The notes beneath the pieces are model-generated. The model did not search any database. It saw only the letters and a list, made by a program, of their open reading frames with translations, and was not told where the DNA came from. Positions 9,064 to 18,588 of a stretch of 64,000 nt of DNA are shown here, one piece after another; positions within the stretch are counted from its first letter, which is position 1; each line of letters begins with the position of its first letter. This DNA is from a virus. Both the position numbers and the translations under genes were made by a program. The DNA lies in the IMG/VR virus record IMGVR_UViG_3300046820_001062, positions 59,731 through 123,730 of that record. One strand, written 5' to 3'.

Positions 9064-10527
9064 TTATGAAACTGTTGCTGTTAAGTTTGTTGGTGCAGGA
9101 CACTCTTCAGGAGGTCTACATGCATTTTTTACAAATGATATTTCTACAGTTGTAGATTCACCAAAGTTTTCACAAATTGTTTTAGCTTTAACTTTATATG
9201 TATCACCTGCAATTAATCCTAAACCAAAGAAGTTAGCACTTGCGGAACCTCCACCAGGTACACTTATAGTTTGGGTATCAACATCTACGTTACCACCTGT
9301 CACATGTACCAATGTAAACTGAATGCTTAATGCAGTTGGATCACTAACTGTAGCAGTTGCTGTAATTCCACTTTCAGTTTTAGTACATACCTCTTCGTAT
9401 CCTAAACCTGTTGGTACTGGACATTCAGATACACATTCTAAAGTTGTAGTTGAAGCAGTAATCCAAGCAGAATCACCACCTGTACATTTAGTTTTAACTC
9501 TTACATTATAGTTTGTTAATTGAGTCAAACCAGATACTGTAATTGTATTTGGACCACTAAGAGTAGTTGTCAACATTCCACCTGCAGTCCAGTTTGCAGA
9601 ACCTGCAACTTGATATTCTAATGTTACATTAGGATTGCTAGGAATATGAGCTATATCTGCAACAAATGCTTCACAGTCTACATTAGTAATACTAAATTCT
9701 GGAGCAGGACAAGGAGCAGGACAAGCAATAACAGTAACAGGTAATGTTGTAACAACATCACAAAGACCAAATGCACTATTTTTAGTTACTTTAACGATAT
9801 AAGTGCCAGGAGCAACACCACCAAAGTTATACATATAACTAGATGACATACCTGTTGGTGTAAATGTGTGTGATTGTAAAACAACAGTAGGACTAGAAGT
9901 ACTAACTAATTCAGCAAGTAAACTTGTAGCAGTACCATCATCAGAAAAAGAAACTTCAAATGAAGCACATACTAATGATCTACCAAAAATGTTTGTAATG
10001 GGATTACATGAAGTACATGATTCTGTTTCTTCTAATGCAGGGCATGGTGTTCCATCACATGATGCTGGAGTAGTAATGGTTCTTGTTCTAGTTCTAACTC
10101 CTCCTACACAATCTGACCAAGGACCCCAAGCAGATACAACACAGTTAACAGGCAAACAACATTCTCTAGTTTCTTCTAGATCAGGACAAGCTGCTCCACC
10201 ATTTTGAGGTGCTTGAATAACTGTTCTTGTTCTAGTTTGAACACCATTTAAACATTCTGACCATTCAGACCATGCTGATACCTCACAATCAACAACTGGA
10301 GGTGTACCATCGCAACAATCACAAAGTTTGTTTGCAATGATTTGCAATACTTGATTAAGATTAGCACCTGTAGTAATTCCAAGACATGGAATTGCAGGTC
10401 CTGTATATCTAACACATGTGTCAAGAACTATCTCTTCACATGGTTCTCCAGTACAATCTGGTGGTGCAGGAAGCTCAACACAAGGTTCTGGCTCGTTGCA
10501 CTGATGACAATATTGATTAGGATACAT
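9064..10527 (-). CDS. Cys-rich fibre-like protein with two thrombospondin type-1 repeats and FN3-like domains
   Basis: DCEVSAWSEWSEC..QTRTRTV...C and NCVVSAWGPWSDC..RTRTRTI...C; then an FN3-like segment (LTQLTNYNVRVKTKC); ends CPAPTNLTATVS. Confidence 0.8.
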   Translation of the reverse strand: MYPNQYCHQCNEPEPCVELPAPPDCTGEPCEEIVLDTCVRYTGPAIPCLGITTGANLNQVLQIIANKLCDCCDGTPPVVDCEVSAWSEWSECLNGVQTRTRTVIQAPQNGGAACPDLEETRECCLPVNCVVSAWGPWSDCVGGVRTRTRTITTPASCDGTPCPALEETESCTSCNPITNIFGRSLVCASFEVSFSDDGTATSLLAELVSTSSPTVVLQSHTFTPTGMSSSYMYNFGGVAPGTYIVKVTKNSAFGLCDVVTTLPVTVIACPAPCPAPEFSITNVDCEAFVADIAHIPSNPNVTLEYQVAGSANWTAGGMLTTTLSGPNTITVSGLTQLTNYNVRVKTKCTGGDSAWITASTTTLECVSECPVPTGLGYEEVCTKTESGITATATVSDPTALSIQFTLVHVTGGNVDVDTQTISVPGGGSASANFFGLGLIAGDTYKVKAKTICENFGESTTVEISFVKNACRPPEECPAPTNLTATVS

Positions 10528-10556
10528 TATATTTTAAATTTTATTTGTTCTATTAA

Positions 10557-12119
10557 TTAACAAGTTACTTCACCTGCGCATGCCACAGCTCTATTTGTAG
10601 AAATTGCACCTAGACAATCATAAGTTTTATACTTAGGAGTACATGGATCAACTCCACATTTCACATATCTCTCCATTTCATAAATATGATCTACTGAAGA
10701 AACACCTGTTGCAAATGTTTTTGTAATTGATTCAGACACAGCAAGTGAACAATCTCCATCAACTGTATAATTAATTACTGCTGTAAATGGAGCAAGTGAG
10801 TTTGCTACAGGATTTCCAGTAACAATATCTTTCAATGTAAGTGTAGTTTTTCTTCTCTTTGTTACATAAGAGTCACCATCACATACTGTTGTAATATCAT
10901 CAAGTGATACATCAGTTACACTAACACAATAAAGTACAGTTGTCAAAGCTATTTTACCTACAATTGTTGCAACTGTTGAATCATCACAGCTATACTCTGC
11001 TACAATTTGTACTTGATAATCTTTTGCAGGATCAGGAACAACTGTTATATCATGGAAATTAGTTCCAAAAGGTTTTACAACATTTAAAATTGGTGAACCA
11101 ACTGTTGATGAACCATTCCATTCATACACTTTAACAGTATATTGTAATGGAGCTTCTGATACAGTGCCTGTAGCTGGAGCTGACCAAGTTATTTTAGAAC
11201 CTGAAGATGTTAGATTTGTAATCTGAATATTTGATACAGGAAGTGGTACACATGGTAAAGTAGTATTTGAACTATTAACAATTGCAGCTCTCATATCACA
11301 AATTGTTAACCACATGTTTACTATAGTTTCTGACAAAGTAGTTGGATTTGCAACCCAACCTGGTATCAATGACATTGATGCCGCAGGATTACTTAAAGGT
11401 TCTGCAGAATCTAAACTTGCACATTCTGTTCCAATTGCTGTTGATAGTGCAGCATTAGTTCCAAGTAATGTTGTCAATTGACAGAATTTACTTTCAAATG
11501 CTGAAAATGCAGTACCAATTGGCACAACAGTTCCTGGTGTTGATGAACTTGCACATTGAGATACAACAGAAATTGAAGCTCCTGTTCCACCTCCACCACC
11601 TGAATTTGCTTCAAGTGCTGCAACTCTTCCACCTAAGTTGTCAAGAGTTGAGTTAATGCTAGTTATATCATCAATGATTTCACATATTTTAGATGCTAAA
11701 TAAGCACTATATTCATTTGGCAATAATGCTGTAACTTCATCACCATCCTCTGTAAAATATAAACAAGCAGGTAATGAAATAGGTGTTGGTGTTGAACCAC
11801 CTCCAGAACTTTCACCACAACAAGTAGAAGCAATTTGACATTGCTTATCTATCATTGCTTGTAAAGCTCCAAGAATTGTTGTAGGTTCTGCTACACCTGG
11901 AGCAAGAATACATTTAAAATCAAGTGTACTTAAATCAATAACACCTGAAGTTATTTCACACAACTTGGTTGCTAGATCAAAAATAACATCTGTAATTGTA
12001 TCTCCTTTACAAAGATCAATACAAGGAATATCTGGACCTTGCCAAATAACACAAGAAGATGATGTTTTTGTACATCCATCTTCAGGTTTTAATTTTAAGT
12101 TGCTGTGTAATGGTTTCAT
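10557..12119 (-). CDS. Cys-rich fibre-like structural protein with coiled coil and FN3-like domain
   Basis: N-terminal CVIWQGPDIPC...KLC domain is shared with the next gene; heptads (INSTLDNLGGRVAALEA); FN3-like ITWSAP...YQVQIVAEYSC. Confidence 0.65.
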   Translation of the reverse strand: MKPLHSNLKLKPEDGCTKTSSSCVIWQGPDIPCIDLCKGDTITDVIFDLATKLCEITSGVIDLSTLDFKCILAPGVAEPTTILGALQAMIDKQCQIASTCCGESSGGGSTPTPISLPACLYFTEDGDEVTALLPNEYSAYLASKICEIIDDITSINSTLDNLGGRVAALEANSGGGGGTGASISVVSQCASSSTPGTVVPIGTAFSAFESKFCQLTTLLGTNAALSTAIGTECASLDSAEPLSNPAASMSLIPGWVANPTTLSETIVNMWLTICDMRAAIVNSSNTTLPCVPLPVSNIQITNLTSSGSKITWSAPATGTVSEAPLQYTVKVYEWNGSSTVGSPILNVVKPFGTNFHDITVVPDPAKDYQVQIVAEYSCDDSTVATIVGKIALTTVLYCVSVTDVSLDDITTVCDGDSYVTKRRKTTLTLKDIVTGNPVANSLAPFTAVINYTVDGDCSLAVSESITKTFATGVSSVDHIYEMERYVKCGVDPCTPKYKTYDCLGAISTNRAVACAGEVTC

Positions 12120-12343
12120 TATATTGTCTTGATTTTTTCCTCAATACTAATTTTTGAACAACCTCCACCAAACGTTAAACCACAAGTATTCATTTCAAGA
12201 GTTCTTAAATAAAGTTCTCTCAAATCATTTGCATATTCAGCTTCTACAGTTGCTTTACAAGATTTTAAACCATAACGCGTTTTCTTGTAAGAAACAAAAA
12301 CTGAATCAGCAAATACTTCACTTATGCGTTCTATTGGGTCCAT
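12119..12343 (-). CDS. Hypothetical structural-module protein
   Basis: 74 aa, coupled to the downstream gene. Confidence 0.55.
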   Translation of the reverse strand: MDPIERISEVFADSVFVSYKKTRYGLKSCKATVEAEYANDLRELYLRTLEMNTCGLTFGGGCSKISIEEKIKTI

Positions 12344-12345
12344 GT

Positions 12346-12534
12346 TTATGTGTTGCTTGTTTTATTCATATCTGTAGTCAAAGGATATTTATTCAATTGG
12401 CTAGCAGCGTGTTCTTTCAATTTAAGTTGATTCTCATAGTTTGCAGCACAAGTGCTACATACTTCTTTACCATCAGATGCTACTCTCTTTTGACATCCAC
12501 ATGATAGTTTTGATCCACAATTTTGACAGTTCAT
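12346..12534 (-). CDS. Small Cys-rich (zinc-finger/metallothionein-like) protein
   Basis: CQNC..LSCGC...CSTC in 62 aa. Confidence 0.6.
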   Translation of the reverse strand: MNCQNCGSKLSCGCQKRVASDGKEVCSTCAANYENQLKLKEHAASQLNKYPLTTDMNKTSNT

Positions 12535-12561
12535 ATTATATTTGGTTTTAAATAGTTTGTC

Positions 12562-13170
12562 TTAGTGATGATGACCATGAGATCCGTGTGTATAACCACC
12601 ATGAGATCCATTGCAACTTACGCAGCAACCAGTCATGTATTTTTTTAGCAATTTGTCAGCATAAGCCAACATTTCAACACCTTGCTTTGGTGAGTGACAA
12701 TATTCTGTCTTTGCTTTTGCAGCATCTATATACATCTTAATATAACGTAAATCATGTAATTTTTGATGTTGTTCTGCAGAAGGTTCACAAGGTTCTAATT
12801 GTACTTTACAAAGTTCCTTGTAGTATGCATTCATAATTGTTGTTGTTCTCAGATGATAGTATTCTACATAAACTTTATCATTTGGAGAAACACTATACTT
12901 GATAGTATAAAGTCCATCAGGCAAAGAAATCAAATGCTCTGCTTGAGGATGTTGTAGATGAAAATCTTTTGCATTCAAATTAAGTGCAAAACCTGGAGCA
13001 ATCTTTGGTTCTGTAATATATAAAGGTTCTGCAAAACCAGGAAAGAATATATCTAACCTAGGGCAGTCCACAGGTAACGTCTCAGCATAACTAGAACTAT
13101 CCCATATTTTTAGGATAGTGTCACATGCTGTGTCTGGGATATCTAATGCCAGAATATGTTTTATTGCCAT
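12562..13170 (-). CDS. Structural-module protein with Cys/His-rich C-terminus
   Basis: LPDGLYTIKYSV motif; ends GCCVSCNGSHGGYTHGSHGHHH. Confidence 0.6.
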   Translation of the reverse strand: MAIKHILALDIPDTACDTILKIWDSSSYAETLPVDCPRLDIFFPGFAEPLYITEPKIAPGFALNLNAKDFHLQHPQAEHLISLPDGLYTIKYSVSPNDKVYVEYYHLRTTTIMNAYYKELCKVQLEPCEPSAEQHQKLHDLRYIKMYIDAAKAKTEYCHSPKQGVEMLAYADKLLKKYMTGCCVSCNGSHGGYTHGSHGHHH

Positions 13171-13236
13171 TGTTTGAGTTTATTATAAGAGAATCTCTAC
13201 ACTTAAAATTTACAAAAAATATCTAACAAAAACAAA

Positions 13237-13272
13237 AAAAGGAGGGAAGAGTTGTCCCCTTCTCCTCCTTCT
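13237..13272 (-). terminator. Intrinsic terminator
   Basis: GGAGGAGAAG...CTCTTCCCTCC followed by T7. Confidence 0.7.
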
Positions 13273-13301
13273 TTGCAATGTATGGAAAGCAAGATCAGTT
13301 A

Positions 13302-14456
13302 TTACAACTGAACTTGTAGTTGTACGTGGTTACCAGAACTCAACAACAACGCGTCAATGTATGATTCAAAAGCTGCATCGCGAGCGTCTACAACAATTTT
13401 AACCAAGTATTGATCAGCATCCATCATACCAGTTGGGTTGCTCTTGCGAGGAACACTGTGTAAAATGTGGTAAGTGTAGTACTTAGCAGAACGAGACAAC
13501 TCAGTAAGAGTAGTGTCATCCAACACTTCACGCAAACGTACATCTTGAGTCCAAGGCTCTTGTTGGTATCTTTTAGCCAAGATCAACTCTCTAACTAAAG
13601 TTTCACCATAACCTTTTCCTTGGTAAGCAGCAGTTACTTCAGCAACGAAGAAACAAGACTCAGCACAAGGATCACCTGTAGAATCAACAGCAGATGCGTA
13701 GATGTAAACTGGCTCAATTTCAAAATGATCTTTAGGATCAAAAGAGCAGTTACCAAACTTAGTGTCTACATAAGCACCAGTCAATTTCAATTGTACCCAT
13801 TTGTCACCCAAAGCAATTGTGTCCCAGTTAGCAGGCTTAGTAGTAGTAACTACAGGGCTAGCACCAGAATTGTCAGTGTACAACAAAGAAGGAGCAATGA
13901 ATTTACCTAAGATAGGATCAGCAGCAATTGCAGCAGCCCATGCTTCGTAAACAATAGCTGAATCAACCAAAGTTCCATCAACATCACCTTCGCAACATCC
14001 TGTGAAAGCATCAACAGTTTTGTAAGCGTTGTGAGTTAAGAAACGCAATGCAGCAGAACCTTTAACATCTACACGTAGACGGTAAGTTGTGTTACATTTG
14101 ATATCACAAGGAGCAGCAGCACCAACAGTGATAACGTGGTTTACAGCGTTAGCTGGTTCAGTTACGTAGAATGCACTAACGTACTTAGGGTTGATACCTT
14201 TAGACTTTACAGTCTCTTTGTATCCACCATGGAAAGGACCAATCTTGTCATTAGCGTGGAAGCTACCTTGAGCAAGATAAATTAATGGTGTAGTAGCATA
14301 GGTAGGTGCAACAGTTAAGTCTTGGATCAAGTTGTCTTGTGCAGACACTACACCAATCTCACCAGCAACTAATGCTAATGTGTTTTGCCCGTCTTTAGTA
14401 GAGAAACCATCAGTTCCTACTAAGAGTTTTTGGAAGGCGTGTGGAAAGTAAGCCAT
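13302..14456 (-). CDS. Putative abundant virion protein (auxiliary capsid/structural)
   Basis: 384 aa with highly expressed codon usage like the MCP; followed by a terminator; lies in the capsid operon. Confidence 0.55.
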   Translation of the reverse strand: MAYFPHAFQKLLVGTDGFSTKDGQNTLALVAGEIGVVSAQDNLIQDLTVAPTYATTPLIYLAQGSFHANDKIGPFHGGYKETVKSKGINPKYVSAFYVTEPANAVNHVITVGAAAPCDIKCNTTYRLRVDVKGSAALRFLTHNAYKTVDAFTGCCEGDVDGTLVDSAIVYEAWAAAIAADPILGKFIAPSLLYTDNSGASPVVTTTKPANWDTIALGDKWVQLKLTGAYVDTKFGNCSFDPKDHFEIEPVYIYASAVDSTGDPCAESCFFVAEVTAAYQGKGYGETLVRELILAKRYQQEPWTQDVRLREVLDDTTLTELSRSAKYYTYHILHSVPRKSNPTGMMDADQYLVKIVVDARDAAFESYIDALLLSSGNHVQLQVQL

Positions 14457-14507
14457 AATGTTTAAAATATTTAAGGTTAATAAAAATTAATTTTTGTTTT
14501 GTTTTCT

Positions 14508-14951
14508 TTATTTTAAGAAAAGCAGTTTATACTTAATAGAGTTGATAGTACTTTTAACGTTATCCAGGTCATTGACAATCTCACTGTAAGGCATAATTGT
14601 TTGTAAACCAGATACCATTTCTTTCATCTCTCTTAAATAAGATACAGCTTCTTCTACAGAATTCAAAATTCTTGGTGCAGAATCTTCATAATTTAGCAAT
14701 TTTTCTGATGCACCTTGGAATCCTTCAGCAACAGCATCTGCATGTCCAGGTAATGCATCATACAATTCATTTAACGCTTTGTGTGATGAAAATGAACCTA
14801 AACCTGTAACTTTCAAGTGTAACTTATGAAAGCTTACAGAAGCGTTCATTAATTCAGTAACACATGCTGCAGTTTGAGCCTCACATGAAGATCCTGCAGG
14901 ATATCCTGTAGTTGTTCTTTTTAAAGTTTTATATTGTCCAGCAAAATCCAT
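14508..14951 (-). CDS. Ferritin/Dps-like four-helix protein
   Basis: FHKLHLKVTG.GSFSSHKALNELYD...D.VAE.FQG, a Dps-type pattern. Confidence 0.7.
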   Translation of the reverse strand: MDFAGQYKTLKRTTTGYPAGSSCEAQTAACVTELMNASVSFHKLHLKVTGLGSFSSHKALNELYDALPGHADAVAEGFQGASEKLLNYEDSAPRILNSVEEAVSYLREMKEMVSGLQTIMPYSEIVNDLDNVKSTINSIKYKLLFLK

Positions 14952-14953
14952 AC

Positions 14954-15652
14954 TTAGTTATTTAATGTTGCTTGTTGTTTTAATCTTGAGTATTGGTTGA
15001 ATAATTCAATGTCTCCTGCTAAAATTGAACATGTTTCATCAATGATCATCTCAATAATGTCATCCTTCAATTCACATTCAACATCAACATCTGCAGTACC
15101 AGTTGATGGGTTAATACAACCTAAGAAAGAAATATTTCTAGGTTTTCTGTAATAAACCAACTTAGGAGTGCTAAGATCAAATTCACCATTTGTGTAAATT
15201 CTAAACTTATCACTTTGCACTGTTGAGAATGTTTCACCCCACTCTGCACTAGGTTTTCTGAAATCATCTCCTAAAAGAGAATCAACGTCAGCAACTTGTG
15301 CTAAGTAAACAATTAAAGGTCTTTCAGGACAACACTCAGTTACAGCATTTACAGATATTCTTTTATAAAACAAGTAATCTGTAGGAATAATAGCTGTTTC
15401 ATAATACAAAGGAAACTTGGTAGCAGTAATGTTTTGCTCTACAATAAGTATCTGCAAATCATCAATATTCATAATTGTTTGTTCACTACCTTCTCTACCT
15501 TGGTTATGACCATGAACTTGCCTACGTACCCATTCCAGCTGAGCCTTATTAAAAGCCTCAACAATCTGCCAACACTCAATGTTGTCATAGTCTTGAGAAG
15601 ACAGTTTATTCAGTCTCTCTTTAACTTTGATTTGTAGTAGGTTATTGTTCAT
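14954..15652 (-). CDS. Head-tail ring/adaptor protein (crAss-like, second gene after MCP)
   Basis: RLNKLSSQDYDNIE...FNKAQ..W, PSAEWGET motifs; synteny. Confidence 0.6.
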   Translation of the reverse strand: MNNNLLQIKVKERLNKLSSQDYDNIECWQIVEAFNKAQLEWVRRQVHGHNQGREGSEQTIMNIDDLQILIVEQNITATKFPLYYETAIIPTDYLFYKRISVNAVTECCPERPLIVYLAQVADVDSLLGDDFRKPSAEWGETFSTVQSDKFRIYTNGEFDLSTPKLVYYRKPRNISFLGCINPSTGTADVDVECELKDDIIEMIIDETCSILAGDIELFNQYSRLKQQATLNN

Positions 15653-16668
15653 TAGTTATTCCAGTATTTTTCTACATTCTTAGTTATATCTACCAATGTC
15701 TCTTCATTCAATGGGTTCTTCAAATATTCTACAACATCAGAAGAGTTTTTACCCATCAAGCTACTGCTCTTCATGTGATAGATAAATCCATCAGCTCTAG
15801 TAGCAATAACTTTATAGAAATTAGCATCTTTAACAAGAGACCTCAATTTCAATGTTTCCATATCCATTGAACACACATCAAGGAATCTTTCTGCAGTTTT
15901 ACGTTTGTCTTTATCTACAGTTTCACCATTAATGTACTTATCCATGTTGTCATAAAGAATGTCAAGTGGTGTAGACTTTTTGTACTGCGTTGAGTTACCA
16001 TCTACCACTTTACAAACGTAGAACAACTTGTTTGCGTTCTTATCAAATAGCTTTTGCAATTCAGCCAAGGCTTTGTTGCGTAATTTTTTAACTTCAGTTC
16101 TTACAGAAGCAGTTTCTTCATACTTGTCTAAGTAAAACTTAGGAGGTACAGGAGCTGTTCTTGCAACTTCTAGATTCTTTACAACAGCAGAAAAACCTCC
16201 AGCTTCAATAGCTTTTAGTTTAATCAAGTCATAAGGATCATTAGCAGGATCTAAATAGATTGGTTCATTACCAAATCTCATAACAATCTTGCTCCAAAAC
16301 TCATCATTGTCTGGTCTAAGTAATTTTACTTTGTTCCAGAATTGTTCATCAGCAGGATCAAGTACATTGGATGCAAGTTCTTTTTCAAGTTGAGCAACAG
16401 TAATACGAATCTGTTTAATTGCTGCTTCTCTTTCATCCTCATCAAGTTGCTTGATTTCAGGAGCAAACTCATTCAATCCTGTTACATACCTTTTGATGCC
16501 ATTGTTTTCCAAACAAGCTAATTGTTCCTCGTGGAACACTCCCTCAAAAAGTACCATGTCATACTTTTCAAGTCCCATGTTTGAATTCCTTGTGTCAATG
16601 AACGGACGTACTGCTAAAGTACTTGACCTTTTAAAGGTCTGATGTTTTTCAATCATTGTTACTTCCAT
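15652..16668 (-). CDS. Conserved crAss-like protein immediately downstream of MCP
   Basis: 338 aa, RYVTGLNEFAP motif; synteny with the crAss-like MCP block. Confidence 0.55.
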   Translation of the reverse strand: MEVTMIEKHQTFKRSSTLAVRPFIDTRNSNMGLEKYDMVLFEGVFHEEQLACLENNGIKRYVTGLNEFAPEIKQLDEDEREAAIKQIRITVAQLEKELASNVLDPADEQFWNKVKLLRPDNDEFWSKIVMRFGNEPIYLDPANDPYDLIKLKAIEAGGFSAVVKNLEVARTAPVPPKFYLDKYEETASVRTEVKKLRNKALAELQKLFDKNANKLFYVCKVVDGNSTQYKKSTPLDILYDNMDKYINGETVDKDKRKTAERFLDVCSMDMETLKLRSLVKDANFYKVIATRADGFIYHMKSSSLMGKNSSDVVEYLKNPLNEETLVDITKNVEKYWNN

Positions 16669-16724
16669 AATTTGTTTTTGTTGGTTAAATAATTTTCTTC
16701 TTTTTCTTTCTGTTTTTTAGCAAC

Positions 16725-16876
16725 TTCTAGTTTAAAGCTCCTGAACCACGTCAAGGTAGTTGCTTCTCAGGAGAACCTGGGATAAACCCAGGCAAGTATT
16801 GTCAAGTGTTACCCTGACGTGAGGAGGTGGAGTCTTGTTTAAAGCAGTGACCTAGGGGCTATTACACCCCTAGGTT
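16725..16876 (-). ncRNA. Candidate structured RNA between MCP and the next gene
   Basis: 9-bp hairpin ACCTAGGGG/CCCCTAGGT, then 12-bp CACGTCAGGGTA/TACCTTGACGTG enclosing TTGC/GCAA with two hairpins, closed by CTCCT/AGGAG. Confidence 0.5.
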
Positions 16877-16898
16877 TGCTTAGTGCCTTCAAGGATCC

Positions 16899-18548
16899 TT
16901 AGAATGATCCTCCAGTGATAGGATTTCTCATAACAATTTTGAGAACTTTAGTAGGGTCTTTAACCCAGATAGAAGGCATAGTCTGAGTCATGAATACTCT
17001 ATAACCATTGAAATTACCTGAAGATGCAAAACCTTGAGTTCTTCCCATGTAGTCCATAGTTCCATTTTGGTAGAACCATTTCATTTCACTATCCCACTTC
17101 AATTTCAACAAGTAAATGTTGTCATTGGTGTTGTCAGTGATATCAAACACGATGAAGTTATAAGAAGATAATGGGAAACCATCAATGATAGGATTCTCAA
17201 TATCATTAGTGTGTACGTTGTCAAAAGCAGGGTTCAACACAAACTTAACGTTAGCTAAGAAAGGAATAGTGTAGCTAGTGAAAGCAAATCCAAAATTCAA
17301 ATCCATTGCGTTAGTACCAGAGATTGCGCCTAAACCAGCTTTGCTCATGTCAGCAAATAAAGAAGTACCAGAACCAGCAGTGCTGAAAGCTTCTTTCTTA
17401 ATTGCCTCATTTACCATCTTCATACCAGCCATACCAGTTTGAACAATAATTTGGCGGTTAGGATCTGGTCCTTTGAAATCAACTTTACCATTGTAGAAGT
17501 TAAAGATTTCAGAACGGAACAACTCCAAGTTGAAGCTTGATTTGTTGTAGATTCTCTTGAAAGAGTTATCCAACTGTGCCCAAAGACCAGTAGACAATCT
17601 GATATCATCTGGACCATCTTGCTTAATGCGACCACCTTGTCCCCACATCAAGTAGGTTTCAATGTCATTAGCAATTTTGCTCAAGTGTGCAGATTCCATT
17701 TTGGTTACAAATGAACGAGTCAAAGTACCATTGTCATAAGCTTTCTTGATGTAGTCTTTACCCATCTTAGCTACCATTGCATCAATGTTAGTCAAAGAAG
17801 GATCTTTTGCGATGTTAGCGTCAAATGACTTCCAGATCTCAGTTACAGGAACTGTACCATCTGCATTCATTCCACCTTTCATCATCATCTCTGCGCGAGA
17901 AGAAACTGAGTAGTGTACGTGAGCCTCAGCACCACCAACGTAGTTGTAGTACTCACGGAAACCTGCACTCAATTCACCAATGTCAGAGAAACGCTCACCA
18001 TACTCACCACGAGCAGAACCTTTTCTGAAGAATTTAGTACCTGGTTTCAAGTATTTTTTGTCAAGAGCCTTAGTGTTGTCATTGTTCACTAATTGAACAG
18101 TGTACACAAAACCATCACCTGAAGGAAGAATATCTTCTGCAGTGATGTAAAGTTCAGCTCCTTTGTACTTGTCATAAGTGATGATATCACCATGTCCAAA
18201 TACACGCTTGTTAATTTTGATTTTGAAGGTAGTACCATCTTGACCTAAAACAGCTACGCCTGGCTCAACATCTTCTACAACGTAAGGAAGATCCTGTACG
18301 ATAGGAGTTTGCCATTTGTACTCACCACGAGGGTTGTCTACAAGAATAGTGTTTTTACCACCAAAAGAAGCCATCTGATAAAGAGGCATTTCTACCTTTT
18401 GGGTCATTGCCCATAAGTCAACTGGACCCAAATCCATAGGGTCAGTACTCTTAAGCATGTTCACCAAATGGTAAGAATCTACGTGAGAACCAACTTTGTA
18501 GTTAGTGTCGCGTAAGAACAGTCCATTGTTTAATACGGGTGTACTCAT
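16899..18548 (-). CDS. Major capsid protein (crAss-like)
   Basis: 549 aa, highly biased codons; TDPMDLGPVD, EYKWQ, G...GDGFVYTVQL, YLMWG.GG motifs; order portal-scaffold-MCP. Confidence 0.85.
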   Translation of the reverse strand: MSTPVLNNGLFLRDTNYKVGSHVDSYHLVNMLKSTDPMDLGPVDLWAMTQKVEMPLYQMASFGGKNTILVDNPRGEYKWQTPIVQDLPYVVEDVEPGVAVLGQDGTTFKIKINKRVFGHGDIITYDKYKGAELYITAEDILPSGDGFVYTVQLVNNDNTKALDKKYLKPGTKFFRKGSARGEYGERFSDIGELSAGFREYYNYVGGAEAHVHYSVSSRAEMMMKGGMNADGTVPVTEIWKSFDANIAKDPSLTNIDAMVAKMGKDYIKKAYDNGTLTRSFVTKMESAHLSKIANDIETYLMWGQGGRIKQDGPDDIRLSTGLWAQLDNSFKRIYNKSSFNLELFRSEIFNFYNGKVDFKGPDPNRQIIVQTGMAGMKMVNEAIKKEAFSTAGSGTSLFADMSKAGLGAISGTNAMDLNFGFAFTSYTIPFLANVKFVLNPAFDNVHTNDIENPIIDGFPLSSYNFIVFDITDNTNDNIYLLKLKWDSEMKWFYQNGTMDYMGRTQGFASSGNFNGYRVFMTQTMPSIWVKDPTKVLKIVMRNPITGGSF

Positions 18549-18588
18549 TGTGTTTAAAATTAAAGTTTAAAGTTATAAATTGTTTTTG

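Noticed and set aside
16755-16785. SRP RNA helix-8-like CAGG...GCA motif
   Set aside because: The register and loop do not match the CAGG/GNRA/AGCA consensus.
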